From an uncultured Rhodospirillales bacterium (GTDB taxonomy: Bacteria > Pseudomonadota > Alphaproteobacteria > BOG-932 > Roseiterribacteraceae): a stretch of 64,000 nt of DNA. Of this stretch, positions 28,572 to 38,110 are shown piece by piece; position 1 is the first letter of the stretch, and each line of letters begins with the position of its first letter. The DNA is taken from positions 14,376-78,375 of the forward strand of contig CAZVYC010000001.1 of the NCBI GenBank assembly GCA_964631425.1, read 5' to 3'. A program made the translations under genes and the position numbers. The notes under the pieces are model-generated. The model saw only the letters and a program-made list of their open reading frames with translations. It did not search any database and was not told the DNA's origin.

Positions 28572-29740
28572 GCCCGGCGCGGGCTTTCGCGCTCCTTCTT
28601 CTGCTTTTCGTCTTTTCGCCGGGCGCGAAAGCGGATCCGGGCTGCGCGAATTTCTTCGGCGGGCGCTGCCGCATCGAGCTGCCGACCGGCGTGCGCATGA
28701 GCTATGTCGAGGCCGGCGCCGATGATGCCGACACGACGCTGATCTTCCTCCACACCGACACGACGAGCGCGCTCGACTGGGCCTGGACGGTCCAGGCGCT
28801 GCTGGCCCGGCACCCGAATTACCGCGTCTTCGCGCTCGACCAGCGCGGCGCGCACAACACCAACCTGCCGTACACCGAGAAATGCCGGGAGAAGCCTAAT
28901 CTCTGCATGACGTTGGCCGATCTCGCCGGCGACATCGCGGCCTTCATGGAAGCGAAGGAGATCGTGAAGGCCGTGTTCGTCGGCCATGGCTGGGGCGCCG
29001 GCATCGCCCGCAACTTCGCGCTGCGCCACCCTGACCTGGTCTCCAAGCTGATCCTGGTCGGCTCGGGCGCGCCGATCGCCGGCAATGCGCCGCCGCCCGA
29101 TCCTGGGGCGCTCGCCGATTTTCGCGACAAGGTCTTCAGCCCCTTGGGCTGGCAGAAGATGCTCACCGACCGAGGCCTCGCCTGGCCGGAGGACGTGCTG
29201 CATCTGCGGCCGATCGACATCGACCCGGATGCCGTGGCCAACATCGTCAAGAACTGGGACGTCTCGTCAGTCGCCGAGCCGGAGGTGGTCCGCCCGATCG
29301 CGGCCCAGACAGCGACAGTGCCGCTCGGCACCTGGGGCTACGGCCTCGATCCGACACCCCGGCCGCCCGCGCCGGCGGAAAATCTCACCCGCCTGCAGGC
29401 ACCGACCTTGGTTCTGTGGGGGAGCGAGGATGCCGGGTTCAAGGCCGCGCAGCAAAAGCTGATCGATGCACTGCGCGGCGCCGCCAAGCGCAACAAGTCG
29501 ATGTATTTCTACTGGAAGCAGTATGGCGTGCGGCCTCCGCCGGCATCCGGCGACAAGCACGACGCCGACGACATCGGCCATGATATTCCGTGGGAAGCGC
29601 CCAAGGAGCTGGCCCTCGACATCGCCGCCTTCATCGAGACCGGCAAGCCGACGCCGGATTTGTATCGCACCGACGCTCCGGCCGACATTCACCACATTGT
29701 GACCGAGCCGGGGAAGGCGGCGATCATTTCGTCACGGTAA
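28568..29740 (+). CDS. Secreted alpha/beta-hydrolase-fold protein with atypical active site
   Basis: M.YVEAG, LIFLH, YRV.A.DQRG, VGHGWG elbow, PTLVLWG..D, GH..PWE.P. Confidence 0.8.
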   Translation: MSPARAFALLLLLFVFSPGAKADPGCANFFGGRCRIELPTGVRMSYVEAGADDADTTLIFLHTDTTSALDWAWTVQALLARHPNYRVFALDQRGAHNTNLPYTEKCREKPNLCMTLADLAGDIAAFMEAKEIVKAVFVGHGWGAGIARNFALRHPDLVSKLILVGSGAPIAGNAPPPDPGALADFRDKVFSPLGWQKMLTDRGLAWPEDVLHLRPIDIDPDAVANIVKNWDVSSVAEPEVVRPIAAQTATVPLGTWGYGLDPTPRPPAPAENLTRLQAPTLVLWGSEDAGFKAAQQKLIDALRGAAKRNKSMYFYWKQYGVRPPPASGDKHDADDIGHDIPWEAPKELALDIAAFIETGKPTPDLYRTDAPADIHHIVTEPGKAAIISSR

Positions 29741-29748
29741 TAGGCAGA

Positions 29749-29812
29749 AGTGGGGCGGGCCTCCGTGCCCGCCTCCCGACAGCGACAGGCGGGCACGGAG
29801 GCCCGCCCCACT
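29749..29812. repeat. 64-bp REP-like inverted doublet, family B copy 2
   Basis: agtggggcgggcctccgtgcccgcct ... aggcgggcacggaggcccgccccact. Confidence 0.9.
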
Positions 29813-29948
29813 GACGATTGTGCGTTCGCCGCCGCACGCACTCCGTAATGCCTTTTTGCGATGCCGCTATCGAGATAATGCCCTTGCCGCCCGTCGGCCA
29901 CAGGAGGACATAGGCGCGGCAACGCTGACGCAAGGGCGGGACTCCGCG

Positions 29949-30944
29949 ATGGATCATGTACGGTTCGGCCGGTCCGGGCTGAAGGTGTCGAAGCTGGGTC
30001 TGGGCACCATGTCGATCGGCTCGTCTGCGTGGAAGGGCTGGGTGCTCGACCGCGACCGGTCGGTGCCGATCCTGAAGCGTGCGCTCGACCACGGCATCAG
30101 CTTTTTCGACATGGCGGACTGGTACTCGACCGGCGTCAATGAGGAGGTCGTGGGCCAGACCCTGCTGGCCTTGACCAGCCGCGACCGGCTGGTGCTGGGC
30201 ACCAAGGCCTTCTACGCCATGAGCGACGATCCGAACGATGCCGGGCTGTCGCGCAAGCATCTGTTCGCCTCGATCGACAAGTCGCTGAAGCGCATCGGCA
30301 CGGATTATGTCGACCTCTACATCATCCATGCCTTCGACCCGGCGACGCCGATCGAGGAGACGATGGAGGCGCTCCACGACATCGTTCGCGCCGGCAAGGC
30401 GCTCTATATCGGCGCCTCGACCATGTATGCGTGGCAGTTCGCGAAGATGAACCATGTCGCCGAGCTGAACGGCTGGACGCGCTTCGTCAACATGCAGTGC
30501 CAGTACAGCCTGCTCTACCGTGAGGAAGAGCGCGAGATGGTGCCTTACTGCCAGGATGAGGGCATCGCCGTCACCACCTTCAGCCCGCTGGCCCGCGGCT
30601 ATCTCGCGACCGCGGAGCATACGGCGCGGACGGAACACGACATCTATCTCTCCTGGTTCGGCGACGGGATCGATCGCGAGATCGCGCGCCGGGTGGGTGA
30701 GGTGGCCAAGGCGCGCGGCGTCACGCCGGCCCATATCGCCATGGCCTGGGTCGCCTCCAGCTCCAACGTCACCGTGCCCTTGGTCGGCGCGGATTCGCCC
30801 GCGCAGGTGGATGTGGCGGTCGAGGCGGCCGCGATCCGGCTCGAAGACAGCGAAAAATCATTCCTTGAAGAGCCCTATCGCCCGCGCGACATGATCAACG
30901 ATTATCAGCCGGTGCGCCGCCCGCGCGCTTATCAACAGAGCTAG
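29949..30944 (+). CDS. Aldo/keto reductase (YajO-like)
   Basis: G.SGLKVS.L.LGTM, FFD.AD.Y, TK, SL.R..TDY.DLY.IH, YIGAS, SPLARG. Confidence 0.93.
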   Translation: MDHVRFGRSGLKVSKLGLGTMSIGSSAWKGWVLDRDRSVPILKRALDHGISFFDMADWYSTGVNEEVVGQTLLALTSRDRLVLGTKAFYAMSDDPNDAGLSRKHLFASIDKSLKRIGTDYVDLYIIHAFDPATPIEETMEALHDIVRAGKALYIGASTMYAWQFAKMNHVAELNGWTRFVNMQCQYSLLYREEEREMVPYCQDEGIAVTTFSPLARGYLATAEHTARTEHDIYLSWFGDGIDREIARRVGEVAKARGVTPAHIAMAWVASSSNVTVPLVGADSPAQVDVAVEAAAIRLEDSEKSFLEEPYRPRDMINDYQPVRRPRAYQQS

Positions 30945-30954
30945 AGGAAAGACG

Positions 30955-31464
30955 ATGATTCTCGGAGTTGGCGAAGGCTTCGCGGGCGAGCGCCCGAACG
31001 TTGCGCATATCAACCTGCTGGTCGGCCCGAAGAGCGGGCCGATCGCCACGGCTTATGCCACCGCGGCGGCCAGTCCCGGCCCCGGCCATGTGCCGTTCCA
31101 GGCGGTGCTGAAGCCCAATCTGCCGGCGAAGCCCTCGACCCTGTTCATCGGCAAGGCCAATTCCGCCGGCGACGCGCACGACCTTCTGACCTGGGGCCCG
31201 GCGCAGGCCGGCGTGGCGGCCGGAATTACGCGCGCGCTGCTCGATGGCGTGTTGCCGCCCGAGGCAGAGGATGACTGGCTTGCGATCGCGCTTGTCTATG
31301 TCGACGTGACGGCGAACGATGCCGATGCGATCTATGCCAACAACAAGGCGGCGATCTATCTGGCTGCCCAGCGCGCGATGATGAGGGGCTGGCCGAGCCA
31401 GAGTGATCTCGCTGACGGGGTCGCGACCGTAGCCAACCCCTTCTACACGCCGAAGAAGCCATGA
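30955..31464 (+). CDS. fae: Formaldehyde-activating enzyme (Fae) homolog
   Basis: VGE...G....AHI.L..GP..GP...A, ..PNLP.KP.TL...K, GPAQ.GVA, .NPF C-terminus; N-terminal His retained. Confidence 0.85.
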   Translation: MILGVGEGFAGERPNVAHINLLVGPKSGPIATAYATAAASPGPGHVPFQAVLKPNLPAKPSTLFIGKANSAGDAHDLLTWGPAQAGVAAGITRALLDGVLPPEAEDDWLAIALVYVDVTANDADAIYANNKAAIYLAAQRAMMRGWPSQSDLADGVATVANPFYTPKKP

Positions 31465-32912
31465 GCGCGGAAGGCGCGCCCCGTTCGCTCGCCTATATCG
31501 GCGGCGCCTGGGTCGGCGCCGACAGCGGGGCGACTTTCCCGGTGCATGATCCTGCCACCGGCGTCGAGATCGCCCGGGTGCCGGATATGGGTGCAGCCGA
31601 GGCCGAGCGCGCTATTGCGGCAGCCGCTGCCGCGTTTCCGCTGTGGCGCAAGCGGCTGGCCAAGGAACGATCCGACGTCCTGCGTCGCTGGCATGACCTC
31701 ATGCTGGCGGAGAAGGAAAGCCTGGCGCGGCTGATGACCCGCGAGCAGGGCAAGCCGCTGGCCGAGGCGCAGGGCGAAGTGGCCTATGCCGCGAGCTTTC
31801 TCGGCTGGTTTGCCGAAGAGGCGCGCCGCACCTATGGCGATGTGGTGCCGACCCACCGGGCCGACGCGCGCGTCGTGGTGCTGAAGGAGCCGGTCGGCGT
31901 GGTCGCGGCGGTGACGCCCTGGAACTTCCCGCTCGCCATGATCACCCGCAAGGTCGGCCCGGCGCTGGCGGCGGGCTGCACGATCATCGTCAAGCCGGCC
32001 GAGGACACGCCACTCTCCGCCTTCGCATTGGCCGAACTGGCCGAGCGGGCAGGGGTGCCGCCGGGCGTGTTCAACGTGCTGACCGGCGATCCGCCGACCG
32101 TGGTCGGCGCGATGATGAAAAGCCCGGTGGTGCGCAAGATCTCGTTCACCGGCTCGACTGCGGTCGGCAAGCTGCTGATGCGGCAGGCAGCCGACACGGT
32201 GAAGCGGGTCAGCCTGGAACTCGGCGGCAACGCGCCGCTGATCGTGTTTGACGACGCCGACCTCGATCTGGCGGTCAAGGGCGCAATTGCCTCCAAATAC
32301 CGCAACACCGGCCAGACCTGCGTCTGCGCCAACCGCCTGCTGGTCCAGGACGGCATCTATGACCGCTTTGCCGACAAGCTGGCCGAGACGGTGCGGGCCA
32401 TGAAGGTGGCACCCGGTACGGAGCCTGGGGCGCAGCAAGGGCCGTTGATCAACGGGGATGCGCTCAAGAAGGTCGAAGAGCATGTCGCCGACGCCGTCGC
32501 CAAAGGCGGCCGGATCGTGACCGGCGGCAAGCCGGCCCCGCGGGGTGGGCTGTTCTACGAGCCGACCGTCATCGTAGACGCCAAGCCCGAGATGCAGCTG
32601 GCGCACGAGGAGACGTTCGGCCCCGTCGCCGCACTCTTCCGGTTCAAGACGGTCGACGAGGCTATCGCGATGGCAAATAACACCGAAACAGGCCTTTCCG
32701 CCTATTTCTTCACGGCGGATCTGAAGAAGGCATGGAAGGTCGCGGAGGCCTTGGAGGCCGGCATCATCGGCATCAACGAAGGTGTGATCTCGACCGAGAT
32801 CGCGCCCTTCGGCGGCATCAAGCAATCCGGCCTCGGTCGCGAAGGCTCGCGCTATGGCATCGACGAGTATCTGGAGATGAAATACGTGCTGTTCGGCGGG
32901 CTCGACGCATGA
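31461..32912 (+). CDS. gabD: NAD(P)-dependent succinate-semialdehyde dehydrogenase
   Basis: PWNFPLAMITRK.GPALAAGC, FTGST.VG, ELGGNAP, K.RN.GQTCVCANR, GREGS.YGI.EYLE.KY. Confidence 0.9.
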   Translation: MSAEGAPRSLAYIGGAWVGADSGATFPVHDPATGVEIARVPDMGAAEAERAIAAAAAAFPLWRKRLAKERSDVLRRWHDLMLAEKESLARLMTREQGKPLAEAQGEVAYAASFLGWFAEEARRTYGDVVPTHRADARVVVLKEPVGVVAAVTPWNFPLAMITRKVGPALAAGCTIIVKPAEDTPLSAFALAELAERAGVPPGVFNVLTGDPPTVVGAMMKSPVVRKISFTGSTAVGKLLMRQAADTVKRVSLELGGNAPLIVFDDADLDLAVKGAIASKYRNTGQTCVCANRLLVQDGIYDRFADKLAETVRAMKVAPGTEPGAQQGPLINGDALKKVEEHVADAVAKGGRIVTGGKPAPRGGLFYEPTVIVDAKPEMQLAHEETFGPVAALFRFKTVDEAIAMANNTETGLSAYFFTADLKKAWKVAEALEAGIIGINEGVISTEIAPFGGIKQSGLGREGSRYGIDEYLEMKYVLFGGLDA

Positions 32913-34063
32913 GCATCGTTACTCTGGATCGCATCCCGACGATCTCCAGCGGTGTCGGCGCGCTGGGCACGATCGGCACCCAGGTCAAGACTCTCGCCCA
33001 TCCCGGCGCCGCCGTGCTGCTGGTTATCGATCGCGGGCTTGCCGCCACCGGCTTGGTCCAGGTTGCCCAGGACTCTCTAAAGGGCGCCGGTCTCGGCGTC
33101 ACGATCTTCGACGACGTGAAGAGTGACCCGTCGATGGCGGAGGTCGACGACGCCGCGGACATCGCGCGGCGTGCGAAGGCGGCGGCGGTGGTGTCGATCG
33201 GTGGCGGCTCGGTAATGGATGCCGGCAAGAGCGTTGCCGCCATCGCCGCGGGCAACGAACCTGCTTCGCATTACGGCCTCTCGGCCAATCCGTTCCCGGC
33301 ACCGCGGCTGGCCAGCATCTGCATTCCCAGCACGTCCGGCACCGGCGCGGAGACGACCCGCACCGCGGTGCTGAGCAACGCGGACCACGCCAAGATCTGG
33401 CTCTGGGGCGACGAACTGAAGCCCGATCTGGTGATCCTCGACCCGAGGCTGACCGCCAGCCTGCCGCCGCATCTGACCGCGGCGACCGGCATAGACGCGC
33501 TGGTTCACGCCATCGAGGCAGCGACCAACGCCAATGCCAACGCGCTCAACAACGCCTATTGCCACGAAGCGATCCGGCTGGTGGTGCGCCACCTGCCGCG
33601 CGCGATGGAGGCGCCGGACGATCTGGAGGCGCGCGCCGGGCTGCAATGGGCAGCGACCTTGGCCGGGATCGGCATCGACAATACCGGCACCGCGATCGCC
33701 CATAATATCGGGCACGCGCTGGCCTCACTCCGGCCGGTGCATCATGGCCGCGCGGTCGGTCTGGCAATGATGGCGACCCTGCCTTGGAACGTGACCGGCG
33801 ACGACGGCCTCTTCACCGCGGTGGCGGCCGCGATGGGAGAGGCGGGCGGCGCCGATGCCGTCCCCGCCGCCTTCAACCGGCTGGTGCGCGCGGTCGGCGT
33901 CAAGACCACGCTGCAGGGCGAAGGCCATGACGTCACCGCCGAGCAACTCGCTGCCCAAATGGCGAAGCCTGAGAATGCGGCCATGCGCCGGTCGAATCGT
34001 CGCCCGGTCGCCGATGATGATCTCACCATGTTCGCCCGCACCGTGCTGATGGAGCTCAACTGA
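32909..34063 (+). CDS. Iron-containing alcohol dehydrogenase
   Basis: GGGSVMD.GK, PSTSGTGAE, TG.DALVHAIEA, H..GH, HG. Confidence 0.92.
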   Translation: MSIVTLDRIPTISSGVGALGTIGTQVKTLAHPGAAVLLVIDRGLAATGLVQVAQDSLKGAGLGVTIFDDVKSDPSMAEVDDAADIARRAKAAAVVSIGGGSVMDAGKSVAAIAAGNEPASHYGLSANPFPAPRLASICIPSTSGTGAETTRTAVLSNADHAKIWLWGDELKPDLVILDPRLTASLPPHLTAATGIDALVHAIEAATNANANALNNAYCHEAIRLVVRHLPRAMEAPDDLEARAGLQWAATLAGIGIDNTGTAIAHNIGHALASLRPVHHGRAVGLAMMATLPWNVTGDDGLFTAVAAAMGEAGGADAVPAAFNRLVRAVGVKTTLQGEGHDVTAEQLAAQMAKPENAAMRRSNRRPVADDDLTMFARTVLMELN

Positions 34064-35565
34064 TGACCGCTATTGCGCAGCGGACTCGCGCCGACTGGGA
34101 AGCGCTCGCGGCGGAGATCAGGCCGGAGGGCCGCGCGCTGATCGGCGGCGCGCTGGTCGATGCCGCGTCGGGCCGCACCTTTGAGGATATCAGCCCGATC
34201 GACGGCAAGGTCATTGCCCACGTGGCCCGCTGCGACGCCGAGGATGCCGATTTCGCTGTCGCGGCGGCCCGCGCGTCTTTCGAGCAGGGCATGTGGCGCA
34301 TGACCGATCCGAAGCAACGCAAGCTGGTGCTGCGCCGCTTCGCCGAGCTGATCCGCTCCGACATCGACCGCTTGGCGATCCTGGAGACGATCGACACCGG
34401 CCGGCCGGTCCTGAACGCCGTCAATGTCGATGTGGCCTTCTGCGCCGACTGCATCGGCTATTATGCCGAGTTCGCCGACAAGCTCTATGACGAGATCGCG
34501 CCCACGCCGGCCAACGATCTGGCGCTGATACGTCGGGAGCCGCTGGGCGTGGTCGCTGCGATCGTTCCCTGGAACTACCCGCTGATCATCACTGCTTGGA
34601 AGATCGGCCCGGCATTGCTGGCCGGCAACTCGGTCGTGCTGAAGCCGGCGGAGCAGTCGCCGCTTTCAGCGATCCGGCTCGGCGAGCTGGCGCTCGAGGC
34701 GGGCATTCCCGAGGGCGTGCTCAACGTTCTGCCGGGCTATGGCGAGGAGGCAGGCAAGGCGCTGGCGCTGCATCCCGATGTCGATATGGTCAGCTTCACC
34801 GGCTCGACTGAGGTCGGCAAGCTGATGATGCGCTATTCCGGGGAATCCAACCTGAAGCGCGTGGCGCTCGAGTGCGGCGGTAAAAGCCCGCATATCGTGA
34901 TGGCGGACGCTGATCTTGCCGACGCCGCGTCGGGCATCGCCTGGGGCATCTATTACAATCAGGGCGAGACCTGCCACGCCGGCTCGCGAGTCATCGTCCA
35001 TGAATCGGTCAAGGACATGCTGATCGAGGAGATCGCGAAGGTCTCCACCACCATTACGCTCGGCCACCCGTTCGACCCTGCCACCCAGATGGGGGCGGTG
35101 ATCGACCAGGGGCACATGGAGCGCGTGCTCGGCTATATCGAAGCCGGCCGGCGGGACGGTGCACAGGTGGCGCTGGGCGGCAGCCGCGCCTTCGCGGAGA
35201 CCGGCGGCTATTACATCGAGGCCACGGTGCTGGACCGGGTGAGCCCCGACATGTCGGTATCGCGCGAGGAGATTTTCGGCCCGGTCCTCACCGTCACCAC
35301 CTTCAAGGACGAGGAGGAGGCGATCAAGCTCGCCAATGATACGATCTACGGCCTTGCCGGCGCGGTGTGGACCAACGACATGAACGTCGCGCATCGCCTC
35401 TCGAATGCCATCCGGGCCGGCACGGTCTGGGTCAACACCTATGACAAATCCTCGCTGGCGACGCCGTTCGGCGGGTTCAAGCAGTCGGGCTTCGGCCGGG
35501 ACCGCTCGCCGCATGCGATCGACAAATACACCGATCTCAAGACGATCTGGACGACCTATAAGTGA
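34063..35565 (+). CDS. Aldehyde dehydrogenase (PuuC-like)
   Basis: PWNYP, KPAEQSPL.A, FTGST.VG, LECGGKSP, NQGE.C.AGSR, FGGFKQSG.GRD.S.HA..KY. Confidence 0.92.
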   Translation: MTAIAQRTRADWEALAAEIRPEGRALIGGALVDAASGRTFEDISPIDGKVIAHVARCDAEDADFAVAAARASFEQGMWRMTDPKQRKLVLRRFAELIRSDIDRLAILETIDTGRPVLNAVNVDVAFCADCIGYYAEFADKLYDEIAPTPANDLALIRREPLGVVAAIVPWNYPLIITAWKIGPALLAGNSVVLKPAEQSPLSAIRLGELALEAGIPEGVLNVLPGYGEEAGKALALHPDVDMVSFTGSTEVGKLMMRYSGESNLKRVALECGGKSPHIVMADADLADAASGIAWGIYYNQGETCHAGSRVIVHESVKDMLIEEIAKVSTTITLGHPFDPATQMGAVIDQGHMERVLGYIEAGRRDGAQVALGGSRAFAETGGYYIEATVLDRVSPDMSVSREEIFGPVLTVTTFKDEEEAIKLANDTIYGLAGAVWTNDMNVAHRLSNAIRAGTVWVNTYDKSSLATPFGGFKQSGFGRDRSPHAIDKYTDLKTIWTTYK

Positions 35566-36692
35566 GCGGCGCCGCGCCTGCGCATAAGATTGTTGCGATC
35601 GAGATCTCACAGCACCGGCTGATCTTCGACACCCCGTTCCATGCCAGCTGGGACACCAAGCCCCGGCTGCACTGGGACGCGACGATCGTTCGGGTCACGA
35701 CCGACCAGGGGTTGGTGGGCTTTGGGTCGGGCGACCTGATGGTGGGATTCGTCGGGCACGAGCATCTGTTTATCGGGCAGGACCCGCTGGCGCTCGAGCG
35801 GCATTATCGGGTGCTGTCGCACATCAGCTTCCACTACGGCCGCTGCTGGCCGCTCGACCTGGCTCTATGGGACTTGGCAGGCAAGATCACCGGCCAGCCT
35901 TGCTGGAAGCTGCTGGGCGGCCTGTCTGGCCGGGTCAGGGCTTATGCCTCGTCCGGCACGCTGCGCGATCCGGCGGCGATGGCCGATGTGGCGGAATCGT
36001 TCGTGGCGCAGGGCTTTCCGGCCATGAAGATCCGCTTTCACCGCGGCGACTGGCGCGAGGATGTGAAGGCGCTCGAGGCCGTACGCGCGCGGGTTGGGAA
36101 CAAGCTCGAGCTGATGGTCGATTGCAACCAGGGCTGGCGCTTGCCCTGGGATACCGAAAGCCCGTGGACGCTGAAGGATGCGCTCCGCGTTGCACGCGCG
36201 CTCGAACAACTTGGCGTCTACTGGATGGAGGAACCGCTCCATCGCGGCGACCGCGACGGCATGCGGGTGCTGCGCGAGACGACCGATGTCCGCGTCGCTG
36301 GGGGCGAGATGACCCGCGAGCTGTATGAATTCCGCGAGCTGATCGCCGGCGGCTGCCTTGACGTGCTCCAGCCGGATGCCGCTTTGGTCGGCGGCATCAC
36401 GGGCTTGCGTCGCGTCGCTGCCATGGCGCAGGAGCATAACCTGACCTTCACGCCGCATACCTGGACTAATGGTATGGGCGTGGCTGCCAACGCCCATCTC
36501 GTGGCCGGCCTGGTCGATGCGCCCTTCCTCGAATACCCGTACGACCCGCCCGAATGGGGCCTCGACCGCCGCGACTACATGATGGCCGAGCCGCTGCGGG
36601 TCGACGCCGAGGGCTGGATCGATCTCGGCGACGCGCCGGGGCTGGGATATGCGCCCAACGAAGAGCTGCTGGCGCGGACGCGGATTGGCTGA
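35562..36692 (+). CDS. Mandelate racemase/muconate lactonizing enzyme family (enolase superfamily)
   Basis: DLALWDL.GK..G.P...LLGG, MKIR, LMVD.N, W.EEP, GGE, QPD....GG.T, PH. Confidence 0.92.
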   Translation: MSGAAPAHKIVAIEISQHRLIFDTPFHASWDTKPRLHWDATIVRVTTDQGLVGFGSGDLMVGFVGHEHLFIGQDPLALERHYRVLSHISFHYGRCWPLDLALWDLAGKITGQPCWKLLGGLSGRVRAYASSGTLRDPAAMADVAESFVAQGFPAMKIRFHRGDWREDVKALEAVRARVGNKLELMVDCNQGWRLPWDTESPWTLKDALRVARALEQLGVYWMEEPLHRGDRDGMRVLRETTDVRVAGGEMTRELYEFRELIAGGCLDVLQPDAALVGGITGLRRVAAMAQEHNLTFTPHTWTNGMGVAANAHLVAGLVDAPFLEYPYDPPEWGLDRRDYMMAEPLRVDAEGWIDLGDAPGLGYAPNEELLARTRIG

Positions 36693-36731
36693 TTTGCTGC
36701 CTGCTCTTGCGATCCCACGAGGACACATCTA

Positions 36732-36745
36732 TATGGGTACCCATA
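36732..36745. promoter_or_regulatory. Perfect palindrome, probable vapBC autoregulatory operator
   Basis: tatgggtacccata about 27 bp upstream of the antitoxin ATG. Confidence 0.55.
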
Positions 36746-36771
36746 CCACGTTGCCCGTATAGATGGGGCCG

Positions 36772-37017
36772 ATGAAAACCACGGTGGAAATTTCGGACTC
36801 GCTGCTGCAAGAGGTTCGAACCCTGGCAGCCCGAGAAGGCGTCACGCTTCGCACTTTGGTTGAGCGGGGGCTCCATCGCGTCATTAGCGAGACGCAACGT
36901 GGGGTGCAGTTCAAGCTGCGCCGGGCTAGCTTCAAGGGTGGTGGTCTGCACCCCGAATTCAGCGATGCACCCTGGGGAAAGCTGCGCGACCTGATCTATG
37001 AGGATCGTGGCGGTTGA
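36772..37017 (+). CDS. vapB: VapB-family antitoxin (RHH-like)
   Basis: MKTTVEI.D.LL...R..AA.EG.TLR.L.E.GL; overlaps PIN toxin. Confidence 0.85.
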   Translation: MKTTVEISDSLLQEVRTLAAREGVTLRTLVERGLHRVISETQRGVQFKLRRASFKGGGLHPEFSDAPWGKLRDLIYEDRGG

Positions 37018-37451
37018 TTGCTGTCGACACGAACATCCTTGTCTATGCGCACCGTGAGGATTCGCCCTTTCACGATGTGGCGTTCAAGCGCGTGGCGGAA
37101 CTTGCCGAGAGCGCAGCGACATGGGCTATACCATGGCCGTGCCTGCACGAATTCCTCGCGATCGTCACTCATCCGAAAATCTATGCGCCTCCCACGCCCT
37201 TGGCGCAGGCTTTGGACCAAATCGATGCATGGCTGGAGTCGCCGACCTTGGCGCTGCTGTCCGAATCGGCAGCACATTGGTCCACATTACGTGCACTGCT
37301 TATGAGTGGTCGCGTGGCAGCCGGCCAGGTTCACGACGCGCGGGTCGCCGCGTTGTGTCGACAGCATGGCGTGCGTGAGTTGTGGTCGGCCGATCGAGAC
37401 TTCGGCCGCTTCGCAGGACTAGTGAGTGTCAATCCGTTGGTTGGCGCATGA
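37014..37451 (+). CDS. vapC: VapC PIN-domain ribonuclease toxin
   Basis: IAVDTNILVYA, EFL..VTHP, HDA..AAL...HG, SADRDF. Confidence 0.92.
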   Translation: MIAVDTNILVYAHREDSPFHDVAFKRVAELAESAATWAIPWPCLHEFLAIVTHPKIYAPPTPLAQALDQIDAWLESPTLALLSESAAHWSTLRALLMSGRVAAGQVHDARVAALCRQHGVRELWSADRDFGRFAGLVSVNPLVGA

Positions 37452-37489
37452 CAGTTCATGTGTCGTAGGAACAGTCCAGGAGCACCGAC

Positions 37490-38095
37490 ATGAACCCCAA
37501 GACCACCGCACTCGTCCTGATCGAATACCAGAACGATTTCACCAGCGAAGGCGGTGCGCTGCATGCCGCTGTGAAGCCGGTGATGGACAGCACCAATATG
37601 CTGGCCAACACGGTTGAGACGGTGCGGGCGGCGCGCACCCTGGGCGTCCAGATCATTCTCGTGCCGATCAGTTTTTCGCCGGATTATCACGAGCTTGCGC
37701 CCAATCCCTATGGGATCCTGAAAGGTGTGGTCGACAGCCGTGCCTTCCGCAAGGGCACCTGGGGTGCGGAGATCGTCGATGTGCTGAGGCCCGAGGCCGG
37801 GGACGTCGTGGTCGAGGGCAAACGCGGTCTGTGCGGCTTCGCCTCGACCAATCTCGATTTCGTGCTGCGCCACCACGGCATCACCGATATTGCGCTGGGC
37901 GGCTTCCTTACCAATTGCTGCGTCGAGTCGACGATGCGCACGGGCTATGAAAAGGGCTACGGCGTCGTAACCCTGACCGACTGCACCGCCACGGTCAGCG
38001 AGGAGGAGCAGCGCTTTGCCGTGGCGAAGAATTTCCCGATGTTCTCCCGCCCGCTGGATCACGGGGCATTTCTGGCCGAGCTGAGCCAGGCATAA
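37490..38095 (+). CDS. Isochorismatase/cysteine hydrolase family
   Basis: TALVLIEYQNDF, GTWGA.I, GK, GFLTNCCVEST.R..YE.GY. Confidence 0.92.
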   Translation: MNPKTTALVLIEYQNDFTSEGGALHAAVKPVMDSTNMLANTVETVRAARTLGVQIILVPISFSPDYHELAPNPYGILKGVVDSRAFRKGTWGAEIVDVLRPEAGDVVVEGKRGLCGFASTNLDFVLRHHGITDIALGGFLTNCCVESTMRTGYEKGYGVVTLTDCTATVSEEEQRFAVAKNFPMFSRPLDHGAFLAELSQA

Positions 38096-38110
38096 AGGGT
38101 AGGATGCGCA

